Origin: the human T2T-CHM13v2.0 reference genome, Homo sapiens
NCBI RefSeq assembly: GCF_009914755.1
Contig: NC_060926.1
Strand: one strand, 5' to 3'
DNA: 64,000 nt
Part shown: positions 17,923 through 33,800 of the stretch, piece by piece
Position numbering within the stretch: the first letter of the stretch is position 1
Layout: every line of letters starts with the position of its first letter
Notes under the pieces: generated by a model
What the model was told of the DNA's origin: nothing
Databases searched by the model: none
The model's input: the letters and a program-made list of their open reading frames with translations, nothing else
Position numbers and translations under genes: made by a program

Positions 17923-19017
17923 CTGTTACCTGTGGATGGGTAACAGGTGAGAAAACCGAGCATGGGGGTATAGATTCAGTAGGGTTTCAAGAGATGTGGA
18001 ACTCCTTTTCAGATTATTTTTGTATTTCTTTTATCTCCATGAAATAGAAAGCCAGGCAGGGGAATGCGTTAGAGGTCTGAGGGAAGAACATAACCACTCT
18101 AGGAAAAAGGGAAAGTTATTGGATCTTGACCACAGGAGGTTAGTGTTCATGAAATTGAGTTTATGCTAGTTAGCGTGATTCTGTATTTTTCACTAGCCAC
18201 AGTCAAATGTGTTGGGTACAAGTTCAGAATAAATGAAGTGGATAACAAGATGACTGATTTTGCCAGGGTTGTAGTTTTGCCAAGTGAGTACTATAAACAA
18301 GACTGAAGCGGGAGTTTTATGGGTGAGTATAAAGAAGTATTTATATTGATAAACCATGTAATCCCACATTGGTAAGAGAAAATTAAAACACAAAGGAAAT
18401 GAGAGGTAGGGATAGGTGGTCAGCCAAAATAAATTATATCCCAATGGGGTTGAAGAGGAACTGGAGTCTGGAGTCCAGTGTCTGGGAAAGATAAGAGGTT
18501 GTAGGCAAAAAGGAAAGTTCTTGAAAGGAAGATTATGGAGAAGGCACAGTTATTGGTAATCTGCGTATGTATGACCTACAATGTAACCATGGGGAGAGGG
18601 GCTGAGATATGATAGGGTCAGGGTCAATGGAGGAGTTGGGGATAACTGAACGGGGAAGTCATGGAATTGGAAGGCTTACCTATGAGGACATTGAAACCAC
18701 TAAAACCCATGGCGGGGGAAGCACTGAAGAGAAAGACGGTTATTCAGATCCAGATCTTCAATGAAAGGGAGGATGACCCTAGAGTTTGTAGTTGACTGCC
18801 ACAAAGCAATGTGGCAGGTGGTGTAGACTTCAAAACTGGGTTTTTAGAGAAGAGAGGGTCAATTGTTTGAAAGCAAAAATGAGAAGTATGAAGAGCACCT
18901 ACACCACTTCTAGACACCATGAACAATACCCGTGGAAGTAAAAACAGCCATGCTTCGTGAGGGCTACAGACTTTTTACACTAGATGAGAGTGAAAGCAGT
19001 ATTTGTAAATTCATTGA

Positions 19018-19280
19018 CAGCAGCAATATGTCATGGTGGTTAAGAGTGTGAGCTCTGGAGCCTAACTGTTTATATTCCAGTCACACTTCCTTTGCTTACT
19101 AGCTTTGTGACATTAATGCCTGAGTGCCTTGTCTTCTTTATCTATAAAATTGGGAGAATAGCAGTATCTGTCTCCTAGGGTTACTGTGCAGAGTAAATGA
19201 GTTAATACGTGTTAAAACACTTAGGATAACACCCGGCACATATTAAGAGTATGCAGTTAATAAATGTTAGCCATAATGAT
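19018..19280 (+). mobile_element. MIR SINE
   Basis: ggtggttaagagtgtgagctctggagc...tctataaaattgggagaatagcagtatct...aaatgagttaatacgtgttaaaacacttag...ataaatgttagc. Confidence 0.88.
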
Positions 19281-19739
19281 GATAATTAGTCATTTTTAAT
19301 TTGCTTTTGAGGGGTAAAAAAGATTATTATTGTTGTTATTATTATTACTCATTTTTAATTTGCGTTTAGGGGACAGAAAAACAGATGCCTGGCAAAGAAT
19401 GAGTAAAACTGTTTTCTGCCCAGCTGAGTTTATTCCAATTTCATTTGAACATTTGGTCCCCATATGATATACATTAGGTTTCTGTAGCATCAGTTCCCTG
19501 TAATATTAATTGTTTTCAACACATGTTATTTGCTAATTTAAAAAAAATTCTAAAATATTCTGAGAAAAGAAATTGTAAATAAGGGGACGATCTGTTGGAT
19601 GCTTGAGTCCCCAGCATAGTATTGAATTTTAACCCATAGCGTAAAATAAATACCTGTTGAGTACATATGATAGAAATAAATAATTGGATAAATTAACTTC
19701 CAGGTTTTTGTTTTTGTTTTCAGACTCTCATGTGTTCTT

Positions 19740-21000
19740 CTAGGTGAAATATATTTCTCGTAGACAACTTATTCATCGTCCTTTTCTCTTTCCCATTTGA
19801 GTGCTTCTGAATCTTATTTAATTACTTTCATAGATTCATATTTATTGAAATTGCTGCTTTGGAAACTTAACTTTGCCATCTTATTTAGAGAAGTTGATTT
19901 TCCACAAGTCCTATTTGTTTTGTTTCCCTTACTCATTCCCCTAAACACATCAAATTATCAGACTCAAACTTGTGCTGTTTTCTTTTTCTTATTAATCACT
20001 AATGCTTGTCAATATCTATGTCTATCTCCTGAATAAGAAAATAATCTGAGCAAATTTTCACTTCCTTAGGTCACTACCACCTACCCTCTTCCTCAGTTAG
20101 TTTGGTGCCTAAGTTTTAGTTGTGTTTATTTTTCCATTGGTCATCTTTCTCTAGAGAACAAAACACTTCAGTAATTCCATTATTCCTTTACTTTCATACT
20201 TGTTTCCATTCCCATACCTAGGGCTTTTCCCACCACTCAAGCTCAGGGGAAGTCCATGGGTTTGGGATCTAGCTGAACTGGAGGCAAACTGACCAAGGAG
20301 GCACAGGAAAGCAGAAGCTGGCAGACAAACCCTTCTCATTTCCTAACCCGGAAGACACTTGCCTGTCTGGAATATAATAAATATAACTAAGCCTCCAGCT
20401 GCGGTTTTCTGTGTGTTTGAAGCGTAGAGAACTTGGAAACACACCACCTGTACTTGCTTTCCCTGCTTCCTTTCTTTACTTTCCTTTTCCTCTCATTCTT
20501 GCCACCCTAGAATTGTAGTTTCTAAAAGATCTTTAACCTGTAAGGTTTGTCTCAAGCTCTATTTTCTAGGGGATATTAAAAACATTACATTATTTCCAAT
20601 CTAAAGTTTTTAATTTTTTTTCTCTAATTCTGGGGAATTCATTTTTATTATTCAAATTATCTTGTTTAGTCTTTCTTAACACTTTTATTTTCATCCTCAT
20701 ATATCTTATCTCCTTTCTTTCCTCTCTTTAGCTCTTACCCATTCCTATTTGAAGAGTTTCTTGCCATGACATTCCAGCTTCTGAAATCATTCTTTAGGCC
20801 TATCAATTTTTTAAAACACATCCATTGGGTTATTTATTTCGGTGACTATATTTCTCAAGCCCACTGTTGCCAATTGATTGTTTTCATACTTCATCTTCCT
20901 GCTTCATTTTGCTCATATTTTTCCCATCTCTCTGAAAGCATTTGGTCATTTTATATTCTTACTCTTTTTGTTCCATTTGTTAAAGTTCTGCTTTTGTAGT
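19740..21000 (-). mobile_element. Very old L1M fragments
   Basis: T-rich decayed L1-like sequence (aaatatatttctcgtagacaac; ttactttcatagattc; tctaattctggggaattc). Confidence 0.4.
20215..20585 (+). mobile_element. Old ERVL-type LTR (LTR16/LTR33-like)
   Basis: Ends with tttgtctcaagctctattttctaggggatattaaaaaca, similar to LTR16-family 3' ends. Confidence 0.5.
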
Positions 21001-21689
21001 GTCTTGCCAAACCTGTCAGTCACTTTTTGCCAAGAATGGTAACCTTGAGGGAAGGATAAAAGCCTGGGCCCTGATTTCTGCTCCTGCAGGAGAGTTGAGG
21101 GATGTGAGATGAGGACCTTTTACGGATGGGCATTTCTGGGTTCACATCTCCCCTCTCTTCTCCTCCGCACTCTCCATCATTCCTCGCTCCAGAGGAACTT
21201 ACCAGGATTTCTTGCTCCAGTCCTCTTCATTATCCAGGTGCTACCATTCATGTTGCAATTGCCTATGGATTTTTCAAGGGGTGGGGATAAGGGACACTCA
21301 GATGCTTGTTCTTTATGCTATTGGCTGCTTCCTCCATGCTTTTGGATACTTGGTTGGATCCTGCAGTGCCTAACAGGTGCTGTGCTGAGAATGCTGCTTT
21401 AGTGGCCAATCATCCTGGTCAGTAATCGGGACGGGACAATGTGGGAAGAGCATACAGACAGAATGTTCTCCCTCTGCCCACCCACTCCTCCCCATCCTGT
21501 TTCCTCTGTCCTTCTCCAGGAAATCCAGAAGATGTTTATTGCTTCCCACCCAAGACCCCTAAGGGTTTTTAAGTGTTTTGGTTGGGAAGATGCTGAGAAT
21601 CACCCTAAGATCCATTAACCTTTCTGTTTTTCTGGTCCATCTCCAGGTTTGGATGTTGGGGGAGGGAGGGATATTGTAGCCCAAATTGG

Positions 21690-23280
21690 TTCACTGTCTT
21701 TTCTCCACTGGCAGTATTAGAGGGGTTTAAACCCTTCAGTGACTTTCTTTAAGATACATCCTAAAGTGTAAATCACTTGATAGGTCATAGAAACCATAAC
21801 CCTGATCTGGTCCCTCTTTTTCCCAGCCCGATGACCCCACCTCTCTGCCGTAGCTCCCTCTGCTCCTGCAGCAAATAGTCCTTTGCCGCTCATTGAACAC
21901 ATGCTGTTATTTCAAGCTTCTGTGCTTTGCACTTTCAAGTCCCTTTGCTCTGAAAACCTTCTGGCTTTATCTGCGAAATTCCTAGAATATGTTTACCCAT
22001 TCTCCCACCATCAGCAAGCACTGAACAATCTTGATCATTTATTCAGGAGACAAATATTTGCCAAGCAACAACCATGTACCAAATCCTGAGAAATAAACTA
22101 AGGCAGCATCGGTGAGCAAGGTAGCCCGTGCCTTCTTAAAACTTCTACTGAGAAAGACAGCTTGGCGATTGACATGCAGTTATAATAAATTTAATAGCTA
22201 GACGATTAAGTATATGATCCTATGGGACCACTTAGTGGTGGTACCCAGTGCAGTTTACGGGAAGTAGGGAAGGCTTCCTGTACTAAATAACCTCTCATGG
22301 GTTAAGTTATGCAGAAAAAATGATCCAGAAGGTGTTCCCTGCTAAGAGAATGTTATATGTTGAAAGACACTAAGGTGAAAAAAAAAGTATGTGAGGAATT
22401 AAAGGATTCTCTTTGGCTGGAATATATGTTGGAAGAGTGGCAAGAGGCTGGATAGATTAGGTGCCAGCTCCACTATGGCTGCTGTTAGACGTGATAATAT
22501 CTTACCAAAGGGCCATGACAGCAACTGAATGTTTAAATTTATTTTTGAGAAATCATTCTGCCTATTGCATACAAGAAGAACCGTAGGGGCAACTGTAAGA
22601 CAAAGACCAGTTATGAAACTGTTGCATTTAATTCAAATAAATGATATGACTTGGATTAGAGTAGTTGAGGGCAAAGTTCTCATTATTCTATGCCACTTTG
22701 ATCTACCATTATTGTACTTATTGCACAGTATTTTAATTATTTATTTATCAATATGTCTTCAAAAGTAGGCCTGAACTGTTTAATATAGCTAATATCCTTT
22801 TTGGAGTATGGATTCTCAGTGCCTGATAGTGCCAAAGTCCTCAGTAAACAAACACCTGTAGAATGAATGAGCGAATTATCTTACTGGATGATTAATTTGG
22901 CAGGATTGATTAAGGAGGTGGAGAGTTTGAAGGCAGGGAACTGACCAATTAGGAGTTAGGAGACTTTGCAACAGCTAGGAATGGGAGAGGATGTGTTAGA
23001 TTTTGATAGGAATAAAGAAATGTCATTTATAGTAATAGGTTAAAAAGAGAAGTAGAAATAGAGTTTTGGGGAGATTACAAGTTAGGTGGTAGGAAGAGAG
23101 GGAATTTCCTGTCTGGTTTCTTCTGTTTCCTTAATGAAATATGAGAAAAAGGGCATGTGATGGAGGATGGGAGGATAGAGAATAATTGAAGTGAGAGAGG
23201 ATGTGAAATGGCAATTTTATAGAGGGAGAAAGGGAAAATTCTCCCTAGGAAATTGTAGTAGCATCATGTGCTGAGTCCCA
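21690..23280. mobile_element. L2 fragments in both orientations
   Basis: tcattgaacacatgctg...tgtgctttgcac; tcatttattcagg...atatttgccaagc; gggaaggcttcctg; atcattctg...gacttggattagagtag. Confidence 0.5.
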
Positions 23281-23761
23281 TTTTTGTTTGACAAATAGTT
23301 AAATAATTGAAATAATTAAGCATGAATTCCATTTTTAAAAACTCAGATCTATAGGATATCAAAAAAGATCAGGTTCAGGGCCAAAAGATATGCTTTTATA
23401 CTTCCTTTACTCCTTCCCACTTCTCTTTACACAGTATTCAAGTGCTCTCTTATCCTCCCCACAAATAACTTACTCTCTTGTAGGGTTTAGTTTTTCCTTA
23501 CCTTCCACCTCCTTCTCCACTCTTTATTTTTTAATTAGTAACTATTTTTTCCTCTGAGTTCTTAGTATGTGTGTCCCACTATGGCCAGTCTTCTCTGCTC
23601 AGAATTTGGTTCCAGGTGAGAGGCTCAGAGTCTGGGAAAGAAAATCTGTGGGGTTTGCTATTGCAAGGGACTAGTGGTAGTAGGTGGGTTAGTCTATGGA
23701 CATTCCCACCTTCATTTTTATCATGTCATAAAAAATAGTACATATACTCTCCCTGCCTTTT

Positions 23762-23915
23762 AGAACAGTAGGTCTCAACCATGAAACTGTATATGCTTAC
23801 CTCTATGGCTTTTAAAATATTCAGTGGCTTCTTCAGGAATTCAGATTCAATAGACCCTGAGTGTTTTCAAAAGCCCAGGGGGTGAAACTAATACGTGCTC
23901 TGAGTTAAGAATTAC
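23762..23915. mobile_element. MER5-type DNA transposon fragment
   Basis: agaacagtaggtctcaacc...ttttcaaaagcccaggggg...gagttaagaattact. Confidence 0.55.
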
Positions 23916-23929
23916 TTTTCTTACTCGAT

Positions 23930-24600
23930 AAAAGGAACCAGAGCTTCTAGGAGAAGTGATTGACTTCAGCGCTGGGACAAGAAAATATAGTATGAGGTTT
24001 GAAACCCTTTATGGTGCCAGAAAGCAGAGAAATGTTCAGAAGAGAGAGGTTTGTCAGAGAAACACAAGAGACAAACCTGAAGGAACTAATGGCCAACACT
24101 GGAACAATTCGAGTCAGAAAATATTGATAGTATTGAATTTTACCCATGGAATCAAGCAAATTTCCATGAGTCCTTACTACTATAAATGAATAATTGAATA
24201 AGTAAATGGGAGCTACAGATAGCTCTTCCTCACAGTAGAATTTCCATTAATGTAGAAGGAAAAGGGAAATAGAGAATCACCATTAGGCAGACATCATAGT
24301 AACACATATTGTAGATAAATATCCACCAATGTGTGCTAAAATCAGTTGGCAAAAGTTTGAAGAGAAAGAGGATGTATATAGTTTCAAGGTATCTCCCCTA
24401 GGATGCTCATCAACTACAGAGAAGAAAATAGTAAATTTGCAGTGGAATAACCAAATACACAGTGACTGAAGTGACCAAGGTAAACATCCCCAATAAGAAG
24501 ACATATCAATAGCATGAAACACTTGATATGATGCACTGAGCAGGACACAACATGATTTAAAAAATGATTCGTGCCAGAAATGAGTATCATCTTTATGGTG
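23930..24600 (+). mobile_element. L1MC/L1MD 3' UTR fragment
   Basis: ggtgccagaaagcagagaaatg; atggccaacactggaacaattcgag; agtaaatttgcagtgga...gtgaccaaggtaaacatcccc. Confidence 0.65.
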
Positions 24601-26020
24601 CTGAGAAAACATGGTAGCTCAGGACAGTCACACATTTTCTTCTTCCTGGATATACTGCCCTCAACTCCAGACCCCTGTCCAATACACACACCCTGGCCCT
24701 TCCTTTGGTAGGTTCTTATTTTTTCAGTGTTCTTCCAATGACTTCAGACATGTTATCTGACCAATCCAAATATGTTCTTCTATTGTTTTTCTCATAGTTC
24801 TTTCTTCGTAGCCCTTATCATAATGAAAGTCACACACAATCTGTCTCCTTGTTTAGTGCTGTACTGCATGCTCTTTGATGGGAAGGACCATGTATATTTG
24901 TTCATCCAGGATACTTGATACCTGACATGGTTTCTGAAATGCGTATGGAGACTATAAAGATTTTATAAAAATGAGAATGAATAAGTGGAGAAACAAACAG
25001 AAGAAAAATCCTGTTTCTGAAGTAGAAATCCAAAATATACTAAGAAAACAAAGTCACAAGACATGGGCTTGAATCATGTCTGTTACTGACTTTATGTGAC
25101 TAGGCAAGTATATTTTAAACCTCTTTGTATTCTAGGTACTGCTAAATTTATAAAGTAAAGGGTTTGTATGAGTTCTTAGTATTGGAGAAAGATTATTATT
25201 TTAAATTATAAAATTGTTATTTGAGTTCAATAACTAAAACTAGAAGTTACTGAACTAGAATAACTATAAATATCTATTAGATGGTGAAATATCTGGTATC
25301 TGGTTCTATAAATGTTTAGTGGGTTCCTAGAACAATAATTAACTTCTCTGAGCCTTTTCTTATCAGTCCCAGAGATGGAAAATGGGTTTCATATGAATTG
25401 AGAGCTCTACTGAAAAGGCTAAGAGCCTTGCATTGACTCAGCACAATACAGTACTGTAATTGGGTACTGTGATTTCTGACTTGGGCACAAAAGGGTGCAT
25501 AAGACATATGCTAGCCAGATCATTTCCATCCTTGGAACAAATGACTTACTATATTCTTTAAATTTCTGCTAATTATGTCATTCTATATATGTTAAATTGT
25601 TGCTAAGCCATAGACTAAGAAGTTAATGGGTAAGTCTATTGTGTCCAAGGCTCCTAGGACTTTTAGAAACCCCTTTAGCTTAACTTTACTACAAATTGCT
25701 GCTATTTCACACGTCCAAACAGGATTCTGTTGATAAACTGTAAAATCGATATTTTCCATTTAAACGGCTTGATTTAATAATTCACAGGGTTGATAATGTT
25801 TATTACAAATTTTGATTGTTGATATTGTTAGCAGAGTTAATCTATCAATCCTGCAGGTCTAACAATTTCCTTTGAGTTCTGTGCTGAAATGAAAACAACT
25901 GGGCACAGCATGCCATAACACACCAAGTTAAAAGGATCAGGAAGAGTCTAAATAGGAAATTACAGTCAACAGGATAGTACAAGTATTCTTAGATTTCCAA
26001 TTGGCTAACAATGATGGATT

Positions 26021-26040
26021 GCAGCGCCACCTGCTGGTCA
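26021..26040 (-). promoter_or_regulatory. Strong CTCF core motif
   Basis: Minus strand TGACCAGCAGGTGGCGCTGC matches the CTCF core CCASYAGRKGGCRS. It is a GC-rich spot with an intact CpG in AT-rich unique DNA. Confidence 0.7.
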
Positions 26041-27929
26041 GAAGCATTGTCTTTTTTTTCTTTTTAACTGTTTTATGATTTTGTTGCCCTTTCATGGGCT
26101 TTTTGCTTGTATGTCATCTATAAATGTAGGGTTTATTTAGATAAAGTTTCTTCTTCAATCAGTTGACAAATCAAGCCATTCTGTTGCTAGCTCACTTTTG
26201 CTATAAAAGATAGAGCAATAGGCTTCAATGGGAAATATTTCTTGTGATTAAAAATTCTCAACCTTATTTTTTCTCCTATTTTGTATTACAAATAGAATCC
26301 CCCTGTAAGAAGCTAAAGTTAGAGGAGTCACAAAAATGGAGTGACAAGGCACCATTGGAATCCATTACATTTTATTCCTTTGGGTTTGTTTTAGCACTTC
26401 AAGTTTAGTATTATTTCTTAGGTAAATCCAGAATATCTGGAGTGTTCTGGACATGTCACAAATTATGGCTAGCAACCCAGCAGCATATAATGTGGCCTGA
26501 AGATCTTCGTTTTCTTAGAGTCTGACTGCTTTGATTGGCTATTACTAACTGCAGATGTGGTCCATCTTTAATCTCTCTCCCTGTAGGGCTGGCAGCAAAG
26601 GCACCAGATGCTAAATTAAACTATTAAACATATGATGATGTTAATATGAGCCAGACATCTTCCTGTCTTACTAGAAAAAAAATTTACTCATTTAAAAATA
26701 ATATTTAACAACATATTTGAGTTATTTATTTTAATGATCTTTGCACATATAATTTTTATTTCAGGCAGTAAGGTACCTTAAGGAATGGATAATTGTTGCA
26801 TCTGTTTCTCCAGAGGTCATAAAAATAATACAAACACTAAGCAATTCAGGCTAGTGTAGATCCTAATTGGTTGGGAAGGTTAGCAGCTAAATTTTGTGAT
26901 CTCAGGGCATCATTTGAGGTTCATAATTCTTCAAAATTTTCTGGTGACCAAAGAACACAGATATCTTTTCAAGCTTAGTTTGGGCTTTCAAAATTTTATG
27001 AATTGTTGGCTTCATTGAGAATCTAAAGATTTATTCAAAAATGCAATCTGAAGAAATCAGAACTCAGTCTGACCTCAGGAATGCTTCATTTCTTTATTTC
27101 TTTATTTTCTGGTCAGAAAAGGAGAACTCATCAGAGGTTCCCATGGAAGAGTTTTATCTTAATGCTCGAAAAATAAAAGTAAATGCTGAGAGGTTGGCGC
27201 ATTGGCACCTAACATTTTCCTGCTATTGACTGCCCTACTGCTTTTCATTTCTCTTATAATTTATTTCAAAGACATTTTCTCTTCTATTTTGATTATTCCC
27301 AAAGTGATTTTAGAACCCTTTTAGTGGTACATTATTATCTTCATAAATTATTAGAATATAATAATCAAATCTGAATAATTTCCTTTCCGTAGACAAAAGT
27401 ACATGAACAGAAGAGACCATGAGATATGTAAATCATAAATAGGTTATTTTGTTGATGAATATGAGCTCATGGAGATAATTGAATAGAGATTTCTTTTAAA
27501 TTGCACATTTTATTAGTGAATGTTTATACATTCCCTATAGCTCCCAAAATTCCTTTTGGTGCATGACAGATTTAATTTTAACCCTATTTTATACTTTTAA
27601 AACATGTTATTATTTTACTTTAAAGGAAGACAGTGATGTTTAGGAAGTACACCTGAAAGCGCCATATAAAGTATCCTTGTAAGTTATATTTGTTCTATGT
27701 TACAGATGTTTTAAAGCATAGTCCTTCTTCTGAAGAGCTCCAAACATTCTTTTAACTCATTCTAATTTTTCATTAGTGTTTTCATTCTAATTAATTTACA
27801 CAGGACCACTATGGTAGTGGATGATAAATACCATTAGGTTTTTTTTTTTCCTAATGGAAAAGCTTTACCATAAAGTTTTAAGTTGCTTGCCTAAGTTCTT
27901 ATTGTCCAAAAACATAAACTACATCAAAT

Positions 27930-30875
<2,946 letters not shown>

Positions 30876-30894
30876 TCTTTTTTTTTTTTTTTTT

Positions 30895-33800
30895 GGTGGA
30901 GCAAGATGGCAGAATAGAAGGCTCCACCAATTATTCCCCCTGCAAGGACACCAATTTAACTACTATCTACACACAAAGAACACCTCTATAAGAACCAAAA
31001 GTCAGATGAGCACTCACAGTGCATGGCTTTAGCTTCATATCACTGAAAGAGACACTGAAGAGGTAGAAAAAAAGTCTTCAATTGCCAATGCCACACCTCC
31101 CCCATCTCCCTGCAGTCGTGGGTGGTGTGGGGAGCATTTCTGTGTGCTGGGGGAGGAAGATGGCAGTATTTGTGAGCAGTGCAGTCCTGTTACAGTGGAA
31201 ACGAAAGCCAGATCAAACTTGGCTGACTTATACTCATGGAAGGAGCATTTAAACTAGCTCTAGCTATAGGGGAATTGCCAATCCCAGCAGTTGAAACTTG
31301 AGTTCCTACAAGCCTGATCACCATGGGCTAAAGGAGCTCTGGGGCTCTAAATAAATCTGAAAGGCAATCTAGGCCACAAGGACTGTAACACCTAGGCGAG
31401 TTCTTGTGCTGAACTGGGTCTAGAGTCACAGGACTGGGGGAGGCACGTGATCTGCTGAGATACTAGCCAGAGTAGCTAGAGGAGTGCTGGCATCACCCTC
31501 TCCCCTAATCGCAGGCTATACAGCTCACAGCTCCAAAAGAGACCCCTTCCTACCTCTTGATAGAAGAGGGAAGAGTGGGGAGGACTTTGTCTTGCATTCT
31601 GGATACCAGATCAGCCACAGTAAGATAGGGCACCAGTAAGAGCCATGGGGCTCCTCTTTCAGGTCCTAACTACTGGATGACTTTCCTAGACACAATCCTT
31701 GGCCAGAAGGGAATCCACTGCCTTGACGAGAAGAAACCAGTTCTAACAGCATTAATCACCTCCTAGCTAAAGAGCCCTTGCGCCCTGAATAACCAGCAGC
31801 AATACTAAGGTACTACATTGAGGGCTCAGGCAAGACTCAGACTTACTGGCTTCAGGTGAGACTCAGCACATTTCCAGCTGTGGTGGCTAAGGGGCAAAAC
31901 CCCTACTGCTTGAGAAAAACAGAGGGAAAAATAAAGGGGACTTTGTTTTGCACCGTAAGCACCAGCTTGGCCACAGCGGGATAGAGCCGGGGTCCCCAGT
32001 TCTTGGGCCAAGGACCTGTACTAGAACCAGGCCACGCAACAGGAGGTGAGCAGCTGGTGAGTGAGCATTGCTGCCTGAGCTCTACCTCCTGTCATATCAG
32101 TGGTGGGATTTGATTTTCACTGAAGTGTGAACCCCGTTGTGAACTTCACATGCAAGGGATCCAGGTTATGTGCTCGTTATGAGAATCTAATGCCTGACGA
32201 TCCCCCACCCCCACCAGTATGTGAAAAAATAATGTGTTCCATGAAACATCCCTAGTGCCAAAAAGGCTGGGGACCACTGGAGTAGAGCACCAAGTGGGCC
32301 TTTGGGGTCCCTGATTCTAGGGCTTAGTTCTTAGATGGCATTTCTGGACCTGCCCTGGACCAGAGAGGAGCCCAGTGCTCTCAAGCATGTAAGTCCCAGG
32401 CCAGAGAGCATTCACCACAAGCTGACTGAGGAGCCCTTGGGCCTTAAAGAAACATTGTTGGTAGGCTGGCAGTACTGCACATGGACCTGTGGTGGTGGAA
32501 GCCGCAGATGAGGCTCCTCTGCCTTTAGAAAAGGGAGGAAAGAATGGGAAAGACTGCATCTTGTGGCTTGAGTGCGAGCTCAGCTGCAGTACAATAGAAC
32601 ACCAGGTATACATCTAAAGTATTGTACTTGAATCTCTGGCTCCTGGATGGCACTCTAGACATGCCCCAGGGCCTGGGGGAGCTCATCACCCTGAAGTGAA
32701 GGACACAGGCCTGGCTGGCTTTGCCATCTGCTGATTGTAGAGCCACAGGGCCTTGAGCAAACATAGGCAGTAGCTAGGAAGTGGTTATTGCATGCCTTGG
32801 GCAAGACCCGGTGCTGTGCTGGGTTCAGGTCTAACCCAGCACAATCCTAGTGGTGGCCACAGGCGTGCTAGTATTAATCCACACCCAGCTTCAGGTGGCT
32901 CAAAACAAAGACAGAAACTCCATTTGCTTGGGAGAAAGTAAGGGAAGAGAACAAGACTCTCTGCCTGGTAATCCATAGAACTCACCTGCATCTTGTCCAA
33001 GACCATCAAGGTGGCACCTCAAGAGTCTGAAAGAATCAGTGTTACTAGGCTTGGGGTTTCCCCTAAAGCAGATATAGCTTATATCACAACACCCAAGTTC
33101 TTTCCAATATCCAGAAAGCCTTCTCAAGAAGGATGGAAACAAACAAGTCCAGACTGTGAAGACTAAAATAAACACCTAACCCTTCATTGCCCAGACACAG
33201 ACAAATATGTACAAGTATTGACCATCCAGAAAAACATGGCCTCACCAAATTAAATAAATAAGGCATCAGAGACCAGTTATCAACAGAGATATGTGACCTT
33301 TCACACAGATAATTTAAAATAGCTGTTTTGAGAAAACTCAAATTCAAGATAACACAGAGAAGGAATTCAGAATTCTATCAGATAAAATGAAAAAAGAGAT
33401 TGAAATAATTAAAAATAAACAAGCAGAAGTTCTGGAGCTGAAAAAATGCATTTGGTGTAATGAAGAAGCATCAGAGTCTTTTATTAGCAGAACTGAGCAG
33501 AAGAAGAAACCCTTAAAGATAAGCTATTTGAAAATACACAGTCTGAGGAGACAAAAGCAAAGAAGAATTAAAAAAAAATAAAGCATGCCTTCAGGATCTA
33601 GAAAATAGCTTCAAAATAGCAAATCTAAGAGTTATTGGCCTTAAAGAGGAGGTAGAAAAGAGAGGGGAGTAGAAAGTTTATTCAAAGGGATAACAACAGA
33701 TGCCTTCCCAAACCTACAGACAGATATCATTATCTAAGTACAAGAAGGTTATATAACACCAAGCAGACTTAACCCAAAGAAGACTACCTCAACACATTTA

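Larger units (their letters stand above)
16915..18990 (-). mobile_element. Fragmented L2 LINE
   Basis: catttactcaat...ttactgagtgtcta...ccaggaaccattccaggc and gaccctgcccttaagaagcttgtattcta match the L2 3' end, followed by purine-rich L2 body. Confidence 0.65.

Noticed and set aside
30876-30894. Poly-T tracts here and at about 29598, 40281 and 59131 as possible orphan retroposon tails
   Set aside because: No TSD or attached body is visible. They are better explained as expansions of T-rich tracts in host L1 or L2 sequence.
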